From contig NC_086107.1 of assembly GCF_963921235.1 (NCBI RefSeq), positions 97,094,001 to 97,158,000 of the forward strand: a stretch of 64,000 nucleotides of DNA. The letters run 5' to 3'. The position numbers and the translations under genes are program-made. This document shows positions 47,965 to 60,080 of the stretch, piece after piece. The stretch comes from Mobula hypostoma (lineage: Eukaryota). Position 1 is the stretch's first letter, and every line of letters begins with the position of its first letter. Under the pieces are notes generated by a model that was not told where the DNA came from, made no database searches, and was given only the letters and a program-made list of their open reading frames with translations.

Positions 47965-48860
47965 TGTCACGAGCACGGACTCTGTTGCTCAGTCTGCAGT
48001 TAAGTCTGCATGCCCTCGTAGGACGACAACAGAAAAGAATCGACGATCATGCTCATGAGTATGAACATTCGAGCCAGTTAGGGTTTCCTTGCAATTGTGC
48101 TTAACCCCTTTCCTTTCGTTTCAGTCTTGTCAGGACTTGACCAAAACACAATGCTCCTTGTTTACCTCAGAGCATGCTTCAGAAAGGTCACAATTTAGTT
48201 TGACCCTATCAAAGAGCAATGTTAATTTTATATTAAATTAGTGCTTCTGAGCTACAGTGATGGCGTTAGATTCTAGTTTGAGTTTTACTGTAGTTAGCAG
48301 CTCTATTGGCCCAGCAATTATTATTTTCCTTTTGTTCTGCACAGTTCTCATTCACGCTCAATGAAATGTTCATTCCACTTGCGTCTACCCTTCTGCACCT
48401 GGGCCATCACCAAACACTGTGTCAGCAAGACTCGACCATCAGAATTGTCCTAGTGGAGAACGAACAGCTGACCTTGCCCTTGAATTTTGCCGGTCAGCTG
48501 GAGGAGAAGTTAAAGTCAGTGGAGGCTGGGTTGGCAGATGTAGCTTATGCAGTGCGACAACCTACCTCAGAGTGGAAAGCCCAGCCCAAGCTGAAATTTG
48601 CTGGACAGATGGCAGTCTCATCAGCCTCAGCCACTAATGCCCCGATCCTCTTGGTAGCACCTGGAGCCAAACCTCTTACCCAGTACTATTCCTCCCCAGG
48701 GAAAGCCATGGAAGAGTATATCAAGGAAGCATTGGCCTTAGGGTTTATCCATCTGTCAACTTTGTCAGCAGGGACGGGCTTCTTTTTTGTGAGCAAGAAG
48801 GAAGACAAGCTCCATCCCTGCAGTGATTATTGGCCCCTCACAGCGGGTATTGCAATAACC
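47965..48860 (+). mobile_element. Gypsy (Tf1/Sushi-like) remnant: 5' LTR (47965-48424) and deleted gag-pol
   Basis: TGTCACG...TGTGTCA LTR; ORF 48306..48905 contains [43 protein letters not shown], a decayed chromovirus-type RT N-terminus. Confidence 0.8.
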
Positions 48861-49095
48861 GCTATCAATGAAGAAGACCACTGCAAGATTCCTATGGACA
48901 AGTGAAACAGATCAAGCATTCTCAGAACTAAAGCGATGCTTAACCACTCTCCCAGTGCTGCAACACCCAGACCCATGTTGGCTTAGTGTTTGTTCTTATT
49001 AAAACTTGGTGAGCTTTTCATTCCACTTCTGTGTCTGTCCCTCTGCACTTGGGCAATACCGAACGGTGTGTCAGTGTTTAAAAGTGTGTCCCTTG

Positions 49096-51003
49096 TTGAC
49101 ACGGTTTTATCCCCCCTTGTTCAATCCCTTCCTACCTATGTTCGTGACACTTCTCACGCTCTTAAACTTCTCGATGGTTTTAAGTTCCCTGGCCCCCACC
49201 GCTTTATTTTCACCATGGATGTCCAGTCCTTATATACTTCCATCCCCCATCAGGAAGGTCTCAAAGCTCTACGCTTCTTTTTGGATTCCAGACCTAATCA
49301 GTTCCCCTCTACCACCACTCTGCTCTGTCTAGTGGAATTAGTCCTTACTCTTAATAATTTCTCCTTTGGCTCCTCCCATTTCCTCCAAACTAAAGGTGTA
49401 GCTATGGACACCCGTATGGGTCCTAGCTATGCCTGCCTTTTTGTTGGGTTTGTGGAACAATCTATGTTCCGTGCCTATTCTGGTATCTGTCCCCCACTTT
49501 TCCTTCGCTACATCGACGACTGCATTGGTGCTGCTTCCTGCACGCATGCTGAGCTCGTTGACTTCATTAACTTTGCCTCCAACTTTCACCCTGCCCTCAA
49601 ATTTACCTGGTCCATTTCCGACACCTCCCTCCCCTTTCTAGATTTTTCTGTCTCTGTCTCTGGAGACAGCTTATCCACTGATGTCTACTATAAGCCTACT
49701 GACTCTCACAGCTATCTGGACTATTCCTCTTCTCACCCTGTCTCTTGCAAAAATGCCATCCCCTTCTCGCAATTCCTCCGTCTCCGCCGCATCTGCTCTC
49801 AGGATGAGGTTTTTCATTCTAGGACGAGGGAGATGTCTTCCTTTTTTAAAGAAAGGGGCTTCCCTTCCTCCACTATCAACTCTGCTCTTAAACGCATCTC
49901 CCCCATTTCACGTACATCTGCTCTCACTCCATCCTCCCGCCACCCCACTAGGAATAGGGTTCCCCTGGTCATCACCTACCACCCCACCAACCTCCGGGTC
50001 CAACATATTATTCCCCGTAACTTCCGCCACCTCCAACGGGATCCCACGACTAAGTGCATCTTTCCCTCCCCCCCCTCTCTGCATTCCGCAGGGATTGCTC
50101 CCTACACAACTCCCTTGTCCATTCGTCCCCCCCATCCCTCCCTACTGATCTCCCTCCTGGCACTTATCCGTGTAAGCGGAACAAGTGCTACACATGCCCT
50201 TACACTTCCTCCCTTACCACCATTCAGGGCCCCAAACAGTCCTTCCAGGTGAGGCAACACTTCACCTGTGGGTCGACTGGGGTGATATACTGCGTCCGGT
50301 GCTCCTGATGTGGCCTTTTATATATTGGCGAGACCCGACGCAGACTGGGAGACCGCGTTGCTGAACACCTACGCTCTGTCCGCCAGAGAAAGCAAGATCT
50401 CCCAGTGGCCACACATTTTAATTCCACATCCCATTCCCATTCTGACATGTCTATCCACGGCCTCCTCTACTGTAAAGATGAAGCCACACTCAGGTTGGAG
50501 GAACAAGACCTTATATTCCGTCTGGGTAGCCTCCAACCTGATGGCATGAACATTGACTTCTCTAACCTGCTAATGCCCCACTTCCCCCTCGTACCCCATC
50601 TGTTACTTATTTTTATACATACATTCTTTCTCTCACTCTCCTTTTTCTCCCTCTGTCCCTCTGAATAAACCCCTTGCCCATCCTCTGGGTCCCCCCCCAC
50701 CTCCTTGTCTTTCTTCCCGGACCTCCTGTCCCATGATCCTCTCGTATCCCTTTTGCCTATCACCTGTCCAGCTCTTGGCTCCATCCCTCCCCCTCCTGTC
50801 TTCTCCTATCATTTTGGATCTCCCCCTCCCCCTCCAACTTTCAAATCCCTTACTCACTCTTCCTTCAGTTAGTCCTGACGAAGGGTCTCGGCCTGAAACG
50901 TCGACTGCACCTCTTCCCAGAGATGCTGCCTGGCCTGCTGCGTTCACCAGCAAATTTTATGTGTGTTGCTTGAATTTCCAGCATCTGCAGAATTCCTGTT
51001 GTT
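49096..51003 (+). mobile_element. Young 5'-truncated PLE: RT, GIY-YIG endonuclease and pLTR
   Basis: RT motifs FTMDVQSLYTSIPH, QTKGVAMDTRMGPSYA, LRYIDD, YYKPTD; GIY-YIG GVIYCVRCS*CGLLYIGET. One frameshift near 50070 and a stop at 50306-50308. TSD TCCCTTG (49089-49095, 51004-51010). Confidence 0.95.
50869..50908 (+). ncRNA. Minimal type I hammerhead ribozyme motif in the PLE pLTR
   Basis: TTAGTC-CTGACGA(50875-50881)-AGGGTCTCGGCCT-GAAA(50895-50898)-CG-TC-GACTGC; predicted cleavage after C50902. Confidence 0.8.
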
Positions 51004-51194
51004 TCCCTTGATCAGTTTGGTTTTGGCTCAACCAAGGCCAGTGATATTGCTGAAGTTAGTTCCAGGCCAAGTGGAACCGTTATCCGTAGGACAACATCTA
51101 AACAAGCAAAGTGCTTCGAATAGCTGTAAGATAGGATCTAAATCACCGCTGTAAAAGCGGTTAATTGGAGAAACAACGGTTCCAATGGGATGAG

Positions 51195-51555
51195 AACATA
51201 TTTGACATATCACTGACATATGTTGTGAAACATCTTGTTTTGTGGCTGCAGTACGGTGTAAGACATAAAGGTTATTATAAGTTACAAAAATAAATAGAGC
51301 AAAAGTCAAATAACAAGGTGGTGTTCATAGTTTCATGGACCAATCAAAAATCTGAGAGCGGAGGGGAAAGAAACTGTTCTTGAAAACATGAGTGTGGGTC
51401 TTCAGGCTCCTGTATTTCCTCCCTGATGGTAGTAATGAGAAGAGGATATGTTCTGGATGGTTGAGGGTCTTTAATCACCAATGCTGTCTTCATGAAGTAC
51501 TCACTCTTGAATATATACTTGATGGTGGGGAAGGTTGTGCCTGTGATGGAACAAT
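51195..51555 (-). mobile_element. Rex1/Babar-type 3' fragment
   Basis: Homologous to 26080-26480 (antisense VIKDP and NSFFP motifs). Confidence 0.7.
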
Positions 51556-52188
51556 CTAATGTCAGAACATTTGGATATAGCCCAAGTGCGGAGAGAGAGA
51601 GAGAGATAGAGACACTGAAGTGGGTCAACATTTCACACACTTTAATGCGACCTTTGCAGAATTTTAAGGGAAAAGAAAACAATAAACACCAGACCGACAC
51701 CGTTAGCTAAAACTCTCAAACAGGAAGCAAAATGCCAACACTGCCACTGAAAGCAACATCTAAACCAATACTGCTCCTTTCCAGCCTCAGTCGAAACGAT
51801 AGTCCTGTTTCTCAGATAACGATGAAGGTAATCAGGGAGTGTAATGTTGTTGTGCCTTGCTCAAGTCTTGACAAGACTACAATGAAAAGAAGGGAGTTAA
51901 ATACTGCCATAATGAAGCAGTAATTAGCTGGAATGTGCATATTCACGAGCACTGTTGCCAAACTTGCTTGCCTGTGGTGCCACACAGGGTCGGTGATTAT
52001 GACGCCTAAGTCTACAGCGCTCTGTGGCGTATTGCAATCCCGTGCATTCGAGGCTCCATCCCAGGTTGTGACGTTGACGATACTTGCAGGAGGTAAGTCC
52101 AGCTGCTGCTCCTCTCAGTCTCCATGGCTCGGTCGGTGCAGCGTAGAGGAGGCAGAAAGGGTTGTATATGCTGAATAGATAAGTTTCA

Positions 52189-52506
52189 CGTGTGGGCACG
52201 TGGCCAAGTGGTTAAGGCATTGGACTAGCCAATGAAGGACGTCAGTCCGAGCCCTAGCCGGCAGCATGTTGTGTCCTTGAGCAAGGCACTTAATCACACA
52301 TTGCTCTGCGACGACACTGGTGCCAAGCCCAATGGGTCCTAATGCCCTTCCCCCGGACAACATCGGTGTCGTGGAGAGGGGAGACTTGCAGCATGGGCAA
52401 CTGCTGGTCTTCCATACAACCTTGCCCAGTCCTGCGCCCTGGAGAGTGAAGACTTTCCAGGTGCAGATCCATGGTCTCGCAAGACTAACGGATGCCTTTA
52501 TTTATT
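52189..52506 (+). mobile_element. tRNA-derived CORE-like SINE, full length
   Basis: A-box TGGCCAAGTGG (52201-52211), CORE-like TGTGTCCTTGAGCAAGGCACTTAA, (TTTA)n tail, 9-bp TSD TAAGTTTCA (52180-52188, 52507-52515). Confidence 0.85.
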
Positions 52507-53084
52507 TAAGTTTCAGGGAGATGGCCACACTGCTGGTTCAGACAGACAAATGGAAAGTGGCCAGTGTGGAGAACACAAGTAGTACAGGAGTCCCCTCTGG
52601 CTATTCCCCTCTCTAATAAGTATATTGTCTTGTATGAAGTTTAGGGGTGGGGTGCTTTCTCAAAGGAAAGCAATGGTAGTGGCACTATGACCTGCTCCCT
52701 GGTACCAGGGTCAAAGATGCCTCTGAGGAGGCACAGGACATTCCTAAAGGGCAGGATGAGCAGCCAGAGAGCATCGCCCATATTTGTACCAATGCCATGG
52801 GCAGGAAAAGAGATGTGAGATGTGAAAGAGGTTAAAACCAGGACCTGTAATACCAGAATTACTCCTTATGCCACATACTACTGAGGGTAGGACTTGGAGA
52901 ATAAGGCAAATGAATGAGCAGCTGAAGGACTGGTGCAGCCATCAGGGATTCAGTTTCTTAGACCATTGGGATCTCGTCTGGGGCAGAGGTGACCTGTATA
53001 AGAATAAAGGGCTGCACCTTAAGTGGAAGGGAACCAATATCGTTGTGGGGAGGTTTGCTAGAATAATTCAGGAGGAATTGAATT

Positions 53085-53560
53085 GACTTTATTTCTTATG
53101 TCCTTCACCTACACGAGGGATAAAAATCTTTATGTGACATCCCCGCCTGAATGTACAATGTGCAAATTATAGTCATTTGTAATAAATAGTATGTGCAGTA
53201 AGATATACAACAGAACAGTCAATATAGCTTAAAAATACAATTGTGTCAGAGTGAATGAATCAGTCTGATGGCCTGGTGGAAGAAGCTCTCCCGGAGTCTG
53301 TTGGTCCTGGCTTTTACGCTGCAGTACCATTACCTGGATGGTAGCAGTTAAAACAGTTTGTGGTTGGAGTGTCTTGGGTCCCCAGTGATCTTCCAGCCCC
53401 TTTTTATGCACCTGTCACTGTAAATGTCCTGAATAGTGGGAAGTTCACATCTACTGAGAGTCCGCACCACTCTCTGCAGAGTCCTGCGATTGAGGGAAGT
53501 ACAGTTCCCATACCAGGCTGCAATTCAGCCAGTCGGAATGCTCTCAATTGTGCCCCTGTA
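53085..53560 (-). mobile_element. Rex1/Babar-type 3' fragment
   Basis: TTGAATTGACTTTATT tail; antisense SFFHQAIRL and LRAFRLAEL motifs. Confidence 0.65.
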
Positions 53561-53874
53561 GGACTTTCCAGTAAGGAGGTGTAACCCAAACTAGTAGTGT
53601 ATCATATGAGAAAACTGAGGGAAATACAGAGGTTACAGCAAACAGTGGGCAGTCCAGAGCAGGATGGACAGGGAACATTAACAGCAAACAGGTAAACTCA
53701 GAAGGTGTGGTATTGCAGCCCTTACATAAACATGGGAATGACTGGCTGATCAATCTTCCAAGGTACAGATGTTTCTGCTGTGACAGAGATCGAAGTAAGA
53801 GAGGAACAGGGGATGAATTATTCACTGGGGAGAACATCACAGCAGTACTTAAGAATATCCCAGGGGCTAGCGGA

Positions 53875-54590
53875 GTGGGGGGACCCCCCCACCACCCTGA
53901 CCATGCCCTCTTCTCACTACTACTATTGGGCGGGAGGTACAGAAGCTTTGGGTGCTACACCATCAGCTCAGTGACAGTTATTACCCTACAGCCATCAGGC
54001 TCCTAAACCAGCATGGGCAACTTCTTCTACGACCACTCTGAACTGATTGTACGACCTACAGACTCACTTTCATGTTCTCGGTAGTATTTGCTATTTCCAC
54101 AGTTTGTCTTTTCTGTCCTTGGTGCTTGTCAGTCTTTTCCTCTTTATGCACAGATTTCTGTCAAGGTTGTATAAGGGTGGCGGGATGAAAAAACTCTCTA
54201 CCAAAGGAGGAGTCAGGCGCTCCTTCCCTCCGCTACCCTGCAGGTCTCCCTTGGGTAAAGTGTAATACCCTCTTAGCCCCCAAAACAGGGTCACATGAAG
54301 CCCTGGGAGCAGGCGGTGGACGGTCGTATGAGCAGCCGATGCATATTGTAAGTCCTGGTTATGTGACCACTGATGCCAGGCAGACAATCTCTGAACGGTA
54401 TTGATAATGGCTGGGGTCACCTGCCTTGTTAAGACACTGCCCAGAAGAAGGTAATGGCAAACCACTTCTGTAGAAAAAATTGCCAAGAACAATCATGGTC
54501 ATAGACTATGATCACCCATGTCATATAACACAGCGCACGAAGAATATATTGTTACACATATGTACCTTGATAATAAACTTTCTTTGAACT
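53875..54590 (+). mobile_element. Rex1/Babar-type 3' fragment, split by an RTE-derived insertion
   Basis: PPHHPDHALFSLLLLGGRYRS; ends TTGATAATAAACTTTCTTTGAACTT. Confidence 0.7.
54165..54545 (+). mobile_element. RTE-derived non-autonomous element
   Basis: Contains GAAGAAGGTAATGGCAAACCACTTC, similar to the Bov-A/BovB GAAGGCAATGGCAAcCCACT motif; non-coding. Confidence 0.65.
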
Positions 54591-55864
54591 TCTGAGCATC
54601 CAGCAAGGCAATATGGATAGAACAGAGAAAGGGAAAATGGGGGAATCACTTTGATAGGGTTATAGGATCGGCTCTCCAATGGTCTGTGGAAATTAGAGAA
54701 ACAAATGTGGAGAGAGATTGCAGAGGTTTTTAATAGCAGGAGTTTTTAACTTCCCTAATATTGACTTGTACTACCTTAATGCTAAGTGATTAGATGGATT
54801 ACAACTTGAGTGTGTTTAGGCTAGTCTTCTTAACTAATAGGTGGATGCCCCACTGTACAACCACGATGAAGAGACCAACTATTGTTTGCTCAGAATCATG
54901 ATTAATATCATGCAAATTAAATCTAGCTATCCATTCAGTGTGATATGCTTTAGAATTGTCTAGGTGCCTGGGAGAGTGTAGGTGCCTTTACTAGTTTCAT
55001 TAATGATCCCTGGGAATTAGGAATTTTACATTTATGGAGTTTCTCTCATTCCATTAAACAGGGTTTGGTGCATGTTATCTCCAATAATCTAAACTTGCCC
55101 CAGAAAACTCAACCGCCAGCAGAGAGGTGAGCACTCATTGACCTCCTTTGAGGAGTTAGGTCAGATTTTGACCTCATAACCTGTCAAGCCTACTCCCTCA
55201 TTCAATAAGGCAAGCTGGCCATACAGCAAGAAAGAAGGGAGTAGCAGTGGTATGTTTATTTTTGTACATTGGAGCCTCGTGCGTGTCAATGCCTTTCTTG
55301 AAATACATTAATGATTAGTCTTCGACTCCGTTTCCAAATCTGCCAATGTGGTGCTGATGACAGCAATACTGTTGGTTGGTAGAACAGTGAGGACAAGGAT
55401 TTTCTACCCTTCTACTTTATCCAATCTCCACATCCCTTTATTCTACTGGTGCATCCCTTTATTTTACTGCTACTAGAAATTAATGATTTGGAGCCTTAAG
55501 ATGATCTGCTGATTCAAAGGCTTCTGAGTGAATGCAATCCCCTGCATCTTGCAAATGGTTTTGCACTTGATCTCTGACTCTCCATGTTGGTTTGGAAGCT
55601 ACTATTCTTCCCTCTACACTGCCCAATAAATCTTGAAGTGAGACATGTAATGGATCTATTACACATGGGGTTCTGATGAAAGGTAAGTTTTCTTCAATAT
55701 TATATTATTTTCTTCAATCCAGAGTTACTGCCTGACCTGCTGAATGCTTCCAATAAATTTTTGCTTATATTTCAGGTTTACAGCATCCTTAGGGTTTTGA
55801 TTTTGTTATGATCAGACAGTAATGTTTATGCTTGTTTTTAAATTTTGCTAACTATTAAGGATGT

Positions 55865-56162
55865 ACTTACTTACTGTCCTTTATGCTGCAGGCATTCTGG
55901 GGAGAAATGAAGGTCCTCCATCCGTCTCTAAAGAGGTATTCTTTGTTGCTGTTCCCATAACAATTGGTTTTGATCAGTCAGGGTTGTTGGCCCTGAGCTG
56001 AACCCCGGAACCTGGAGGACCAGTGGACCACTGCCCTTTGACCTGTTTGTGTTGGGTGACCCCACCCAGCACAAGGTCCTGACTCCAGCCAACACAGCTC
56101 TCTGAGTCACTGAGGCACGCAAGCCTTCAAACCCTACGACAAGGTTGTGTCCTCTTGGAGGT
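55865..56162 (-). mobile_element. RTE-derived non-autonomous element (Bov-A-like)
   Basis: Paralog of 35955-36265; (TAAG)n-type tail at ~55865. Confidence 0.65.
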
Positions 56163-57277
56163 GCTGAGGATGTGAAGGGGGAAGAAATGCTTAAACATCT
56201 GAGTAACTAAGGTTAGAAGAGGATTTTCAGTTGGCGGAGTCCTGTGCCAAAGCATTGAAGGATATACAGAACTCAAGTCACCAATCAGCAACTGACTGTC
56301 AGAATAGCTAAATAGGCCAGTCCTGTTCCTGTGGGCCTTTATTACTTTGAACATGGACAAGGGGGTTTATGAAAGGTGAAAAGAATAAAATTGCTGCAGG
56401 AAACTGATGAGGCCCTTATACTTCTCATAAGGTATGGTGATTCCTTTAAGAATTACCTCTAGAAAGATAATTACACAATGCAGCAGAAGAATTTTAAGTT
56501 CTAAGGGTTGCATAGGATCATAAACATAAGTAATGCACATAAATGTCAAAGTTGGCTTGAAGAATTATGTAGATACACATTGTGATCTTGCTTTTATGTT
56601 AAGGATTTAGAATAATGTTTCTTATGCTTAGATTGATCAAGGACATTTTTTAAGAGAGAAGCCTCCAAGGACCTGTAATAATAGGGCGGTGTGAGTACAA
56701 AAATTATATTAAATAGAGTACAGTACATTGGAAAAACACAGCAGATCAGGCTTCATCTGTGAAAAGGGAGGAAATTATGTTTCAGGTGCACAATCCTTTA
56801 TGAGGACTAGGAGAGAGAGATCTTAGAGTCCTACAACGAGAAAACAGAGCCTTCGCCCCAGATGGTCCATGCCGACCAAGCTGTGGGTTAGTATTCAGCA
56901 GGAGAGAAGGCTGGGAAGGACCAAGAAGAACAATGGGAATGTTTGTGCCACATTGAGTCAAATGGCTTAATGGCGGCAGGTACCAGAGCATTAGCTCCCT
57001 TCTATTTTTTAGTTAATGGTGGGGCATGAATGGCAGGCTAGACATACACGGCAATGATAAGAAAAACTGAGCCAACATGGTATAAGAATTTGCTGGAAAA
57101 ACTAAGCAGATCATGCAGCATCTGTGGAATGAGCAGTAATTAACATTTCAAATGGAGGATATTTCATCAGACTTGTGAGAGAGAAACAATTTAGTCTGTA
57201 TGGGTGTAACATTTTACTGTTAGACTAACACATTGCTCTCTCGAGTCTGATGTAGAGCCCCTATGTATGAAATATTA

Positions 57278-58415
57278 ATTCAAAATTCAAAGTAAGCTTA
57301 TTATCAAAGTACATAAATGTCACCATATACTACCCTGAGATTCATTTTCTTGCAGGCATAATAGAATAAATATAATAATAATAATAGAATATATTTAATA
57401 TAATATATAATATGCATAATAATAAACCCACAATAGAATAATAACCATAATAGAATCAATGAAAGAAGACATCTTTAAATGTGAAATACCCTTAGAGAGT
57501 AAGACCATATATTTTGGGAATATACCTCAAGAATGGTTTAAAAGAAATAAATATTTAATGAATATACTACTGGTGGCTGGTAAAAAGACCCTTACCAGGA
57601 AATGGTTATCACAGGAGAACCCAACTTTAAATGTATGGATGAAAATTACAATGGATATTTACAGAATGGAGATAACAGCATCTGTTAATCATAAATTGTA
57701 ATAATTTGATTCATACTGGGAAAAATGGTTTAACTACATAACTCCTCATAGGCCTGATTTTATTCTCACAAGTCAATGAATATGTTGTAAAAATAATCAC
57801 TCCCTATTCTGTACATAGTTTTCTTCTTTCGATTGTTCTTTCTTTCCTCTCCTTTCTATAAGTGTATACCTCAGATAAATATTATATGGAGATTTGTGAC
57901 AAATATGATTATATGATATATATGTACAGTATCTGAAATACATCTTACGGAAATGTTTGTTTGAGGATGAACTTCAATAAAAAATAAATTACAAAAAAAA
58001 AGAATCAAAGAAAGACTGCACCAACTTGCACATTCAACCTATGTGCAAGGACAGCAAATTGTGCAAATACAGAAAGAAAAAAAATGATAATAATAAATAA
58101 ATAAGCAATAAATATTGAGAACATGAGATGAAGAGTCCTTGAAAGTGAGTCCATGAGTTGTGGGAATGATGGGACAAGTGAAGTTGAGTGGGATTATCCC
58201 CTCTGGTTCAAGGTTGCGGGGTAATAACTGTTCCTGAACTTGGTGGTGGGAGTCCTGAGGCTCCTGAACCTTCTTCCTGATGCCAGCAGTGAGAAGAGGG
58301 CATGACCTGGGTGGCGGCGGGGCCGGGGGGTTGAGTGGTCCAGGATGATGGGTGCTGCTTCCCTGTGTCAATGCTTCATGTAGATCAGTTCAATAGTGGG
58401 GAAGGCTTTACTCAT
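57278..58415 (-). mobile_element. Rex1/Babar-type 3' fragment hosting an L1 insertion
   Basis: Homologous to 21848-22360. Confidence 0.8.
57467..58000 (+). mobile_element. L1/Tx1-clade LINE 3' end (ORF2 C-terminus, 3' UTR, poly-A)
   Basis: LLVAGKKTLTRKWLSQENPTLNVW..IYRME; AATAAA and A-tail; 15-bp TSD AGAATCAATGAAAGA/AGAATCAAAGAAAGA (57452-57466, 58001-58015). Confidence 0.9.
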
Positions 58416-59029
58416 TTTTTTTTATCTTTCCACAGATGCTGTCAGACCCGCCGAGTTTTTTTTTCACTTTGCTCCATTGTTTTTTAGCATTTCAGTATCT
58501 GCAATAGTGTTGATATTCATTCTGTGTCCAAAAGATGTTTGACGTGGAAAATGATGTCACAACGAGCTGAGAGTTATCATCTCTGTCCTTTTACTCTCAT
58601 TCCGTTCCTACCCTCACATTATGCTGACCTCACTTTACACTCATGAAGTCAGTTTGACATTTAGAGAGCAGCTCAAAATATCAAAGACTCAAAGTTTCCA
58701 CAGCGTTCTCAGCATAGTCACATCTCTCAGAAGTAGTTTAAAAAATCAGCATATATAAGAGTAATAAATGAGCAGGAAAATATTGTACAAAGGCAGATAC
58801 TTAATATATAATTTGATTTTATATATTTATTGTCAATCACTGAAATATGCAGATGCATTACTTCCATCAGTACAGCAAATATGTAACAATAAGGATTCTT
58901 TTAAGCTCTCAAACTGATCTCAAACTAAGCTAGGAATGAGAAAAGGTTGCCTGGTTGGGCCTTAAGTTTCCCTGAGGTGACCAGTACCATTAAACAATAT
59001 TGAGTGATCCTTTCCTGCCCTGCTAAATA

Positions 59030-60080
59030 CATAGAAGATAGATCAGTATAGGATCATGATGTGCTGACCTTTTTGCCTACACTAAGATCGATCTCACTCC
59101 TTCCTCCCACACAGCCCTCCATTTTTCTATCATCCAAGTGCCTATCTAAGAGCTTCTTAAATGTCCCTAATGTATCTGCCTCACCACCACTCCTGGCAGG
59201 GTGTTCCACACACTCACCACCCTTTGTGTAAAAAATCCTACCCTTGACATACCCCCTATACTTTCTTCCAGTCATCTTAAATTTATACGTCTAAAGTTAG
59301 CTACTTCCTCTCTGGAAAAAAAGTCTTTGGTTGTCCTCTTGATCTATGCCCCTTATCAACTTGTACACCTCTATCAAGTCACCTCTCATCTTTCTTTGCT
59401 CCAAAGAGAAAAGCCCCAGCTCGCTCAATCTATCCTAAGACATGCTCGCTAATTCATAGTGCATCATATTAAATCTCCTCTGAAGCTTCTCCATCTTTCC
59501 TATAATTTGGCGACCAGAACTGACCGCAACATTCCAAGTACAGTCTAACCAGAGTTTTATAGAGCTGCACCATTATCTTACATCTCTTCAACTCAACTAA
59601 TGAAGGCCAACAAACCATATGCCACCATACGTGGATCTCAAGATCCCTCTTTTCCTCCACATTGATAAGAACCTTGCGATTAACCCTGTGTTTCCCTTCA
59701 AATTCTACCTTTCAAAATGAATGACTTGACACCTTCATCTGCCACTTCTCAGCCCATGTCTGCATCCTGTCAATGTCCAATTATAACCTACGGCAACCTG
59801 CGACACTGCCCACAACACCACCAACTTTCATGTCATCTGCAAACTTACTAACACCCCCCCCCCCTTTCCACTTTCTCATCCAAATCATTTATTAAAAACC
59901 ACGAAGAGTAATGATCCCGTAACAGGTCCCTGTGGAACAGCACTGGTCACTGACCGGGCAGAATGCACTCCAGCTACAACCATCCTCTGCCTTCTGTGTG
60001 CAAGCCGATTCTGAGTATTGGCTCCGGTTCTGATCCTTGAGGTCAGTCTCATTTGCAAGCACCCTTTCCAGCCATGGCCT
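59030..60080 (-). mobile_element. CR1 3' fragment
   Basis: QLYKTLVRLYLECCGQFWSPNYRKD; RT-region homology to 9248-10300. Confidence 0.85.

Larger units (their letters stand above)
52515..54850 (+). mobile_element. Fragmented CR1 ORF1/endonuclease region, interrupted by several insertions
   Basis: WCSHQGFSFLDHWDLVWGRGDLYKNKGLHLKWKGTNIVVGRF (ORF1 esterase end); DWLINLPRYRCFCCDR; FNFPNID. Confidence 0.75.

Noticed and set aside
48306..48905. 199-aa ORF as a domesticated Sushi-derived gene
   Set aside because: It starts within the LTR, joins deleted gag/pol pieces, and conserved RT residues are decayed.
48990..50252. 420-aa ORF as an intact protein-coding gene
   Set aside because: The first ~35 codons are flanking DNA upstream of the TSD, and the C-terminus is out of frame after ~50070; it is a truncated PLE RT.
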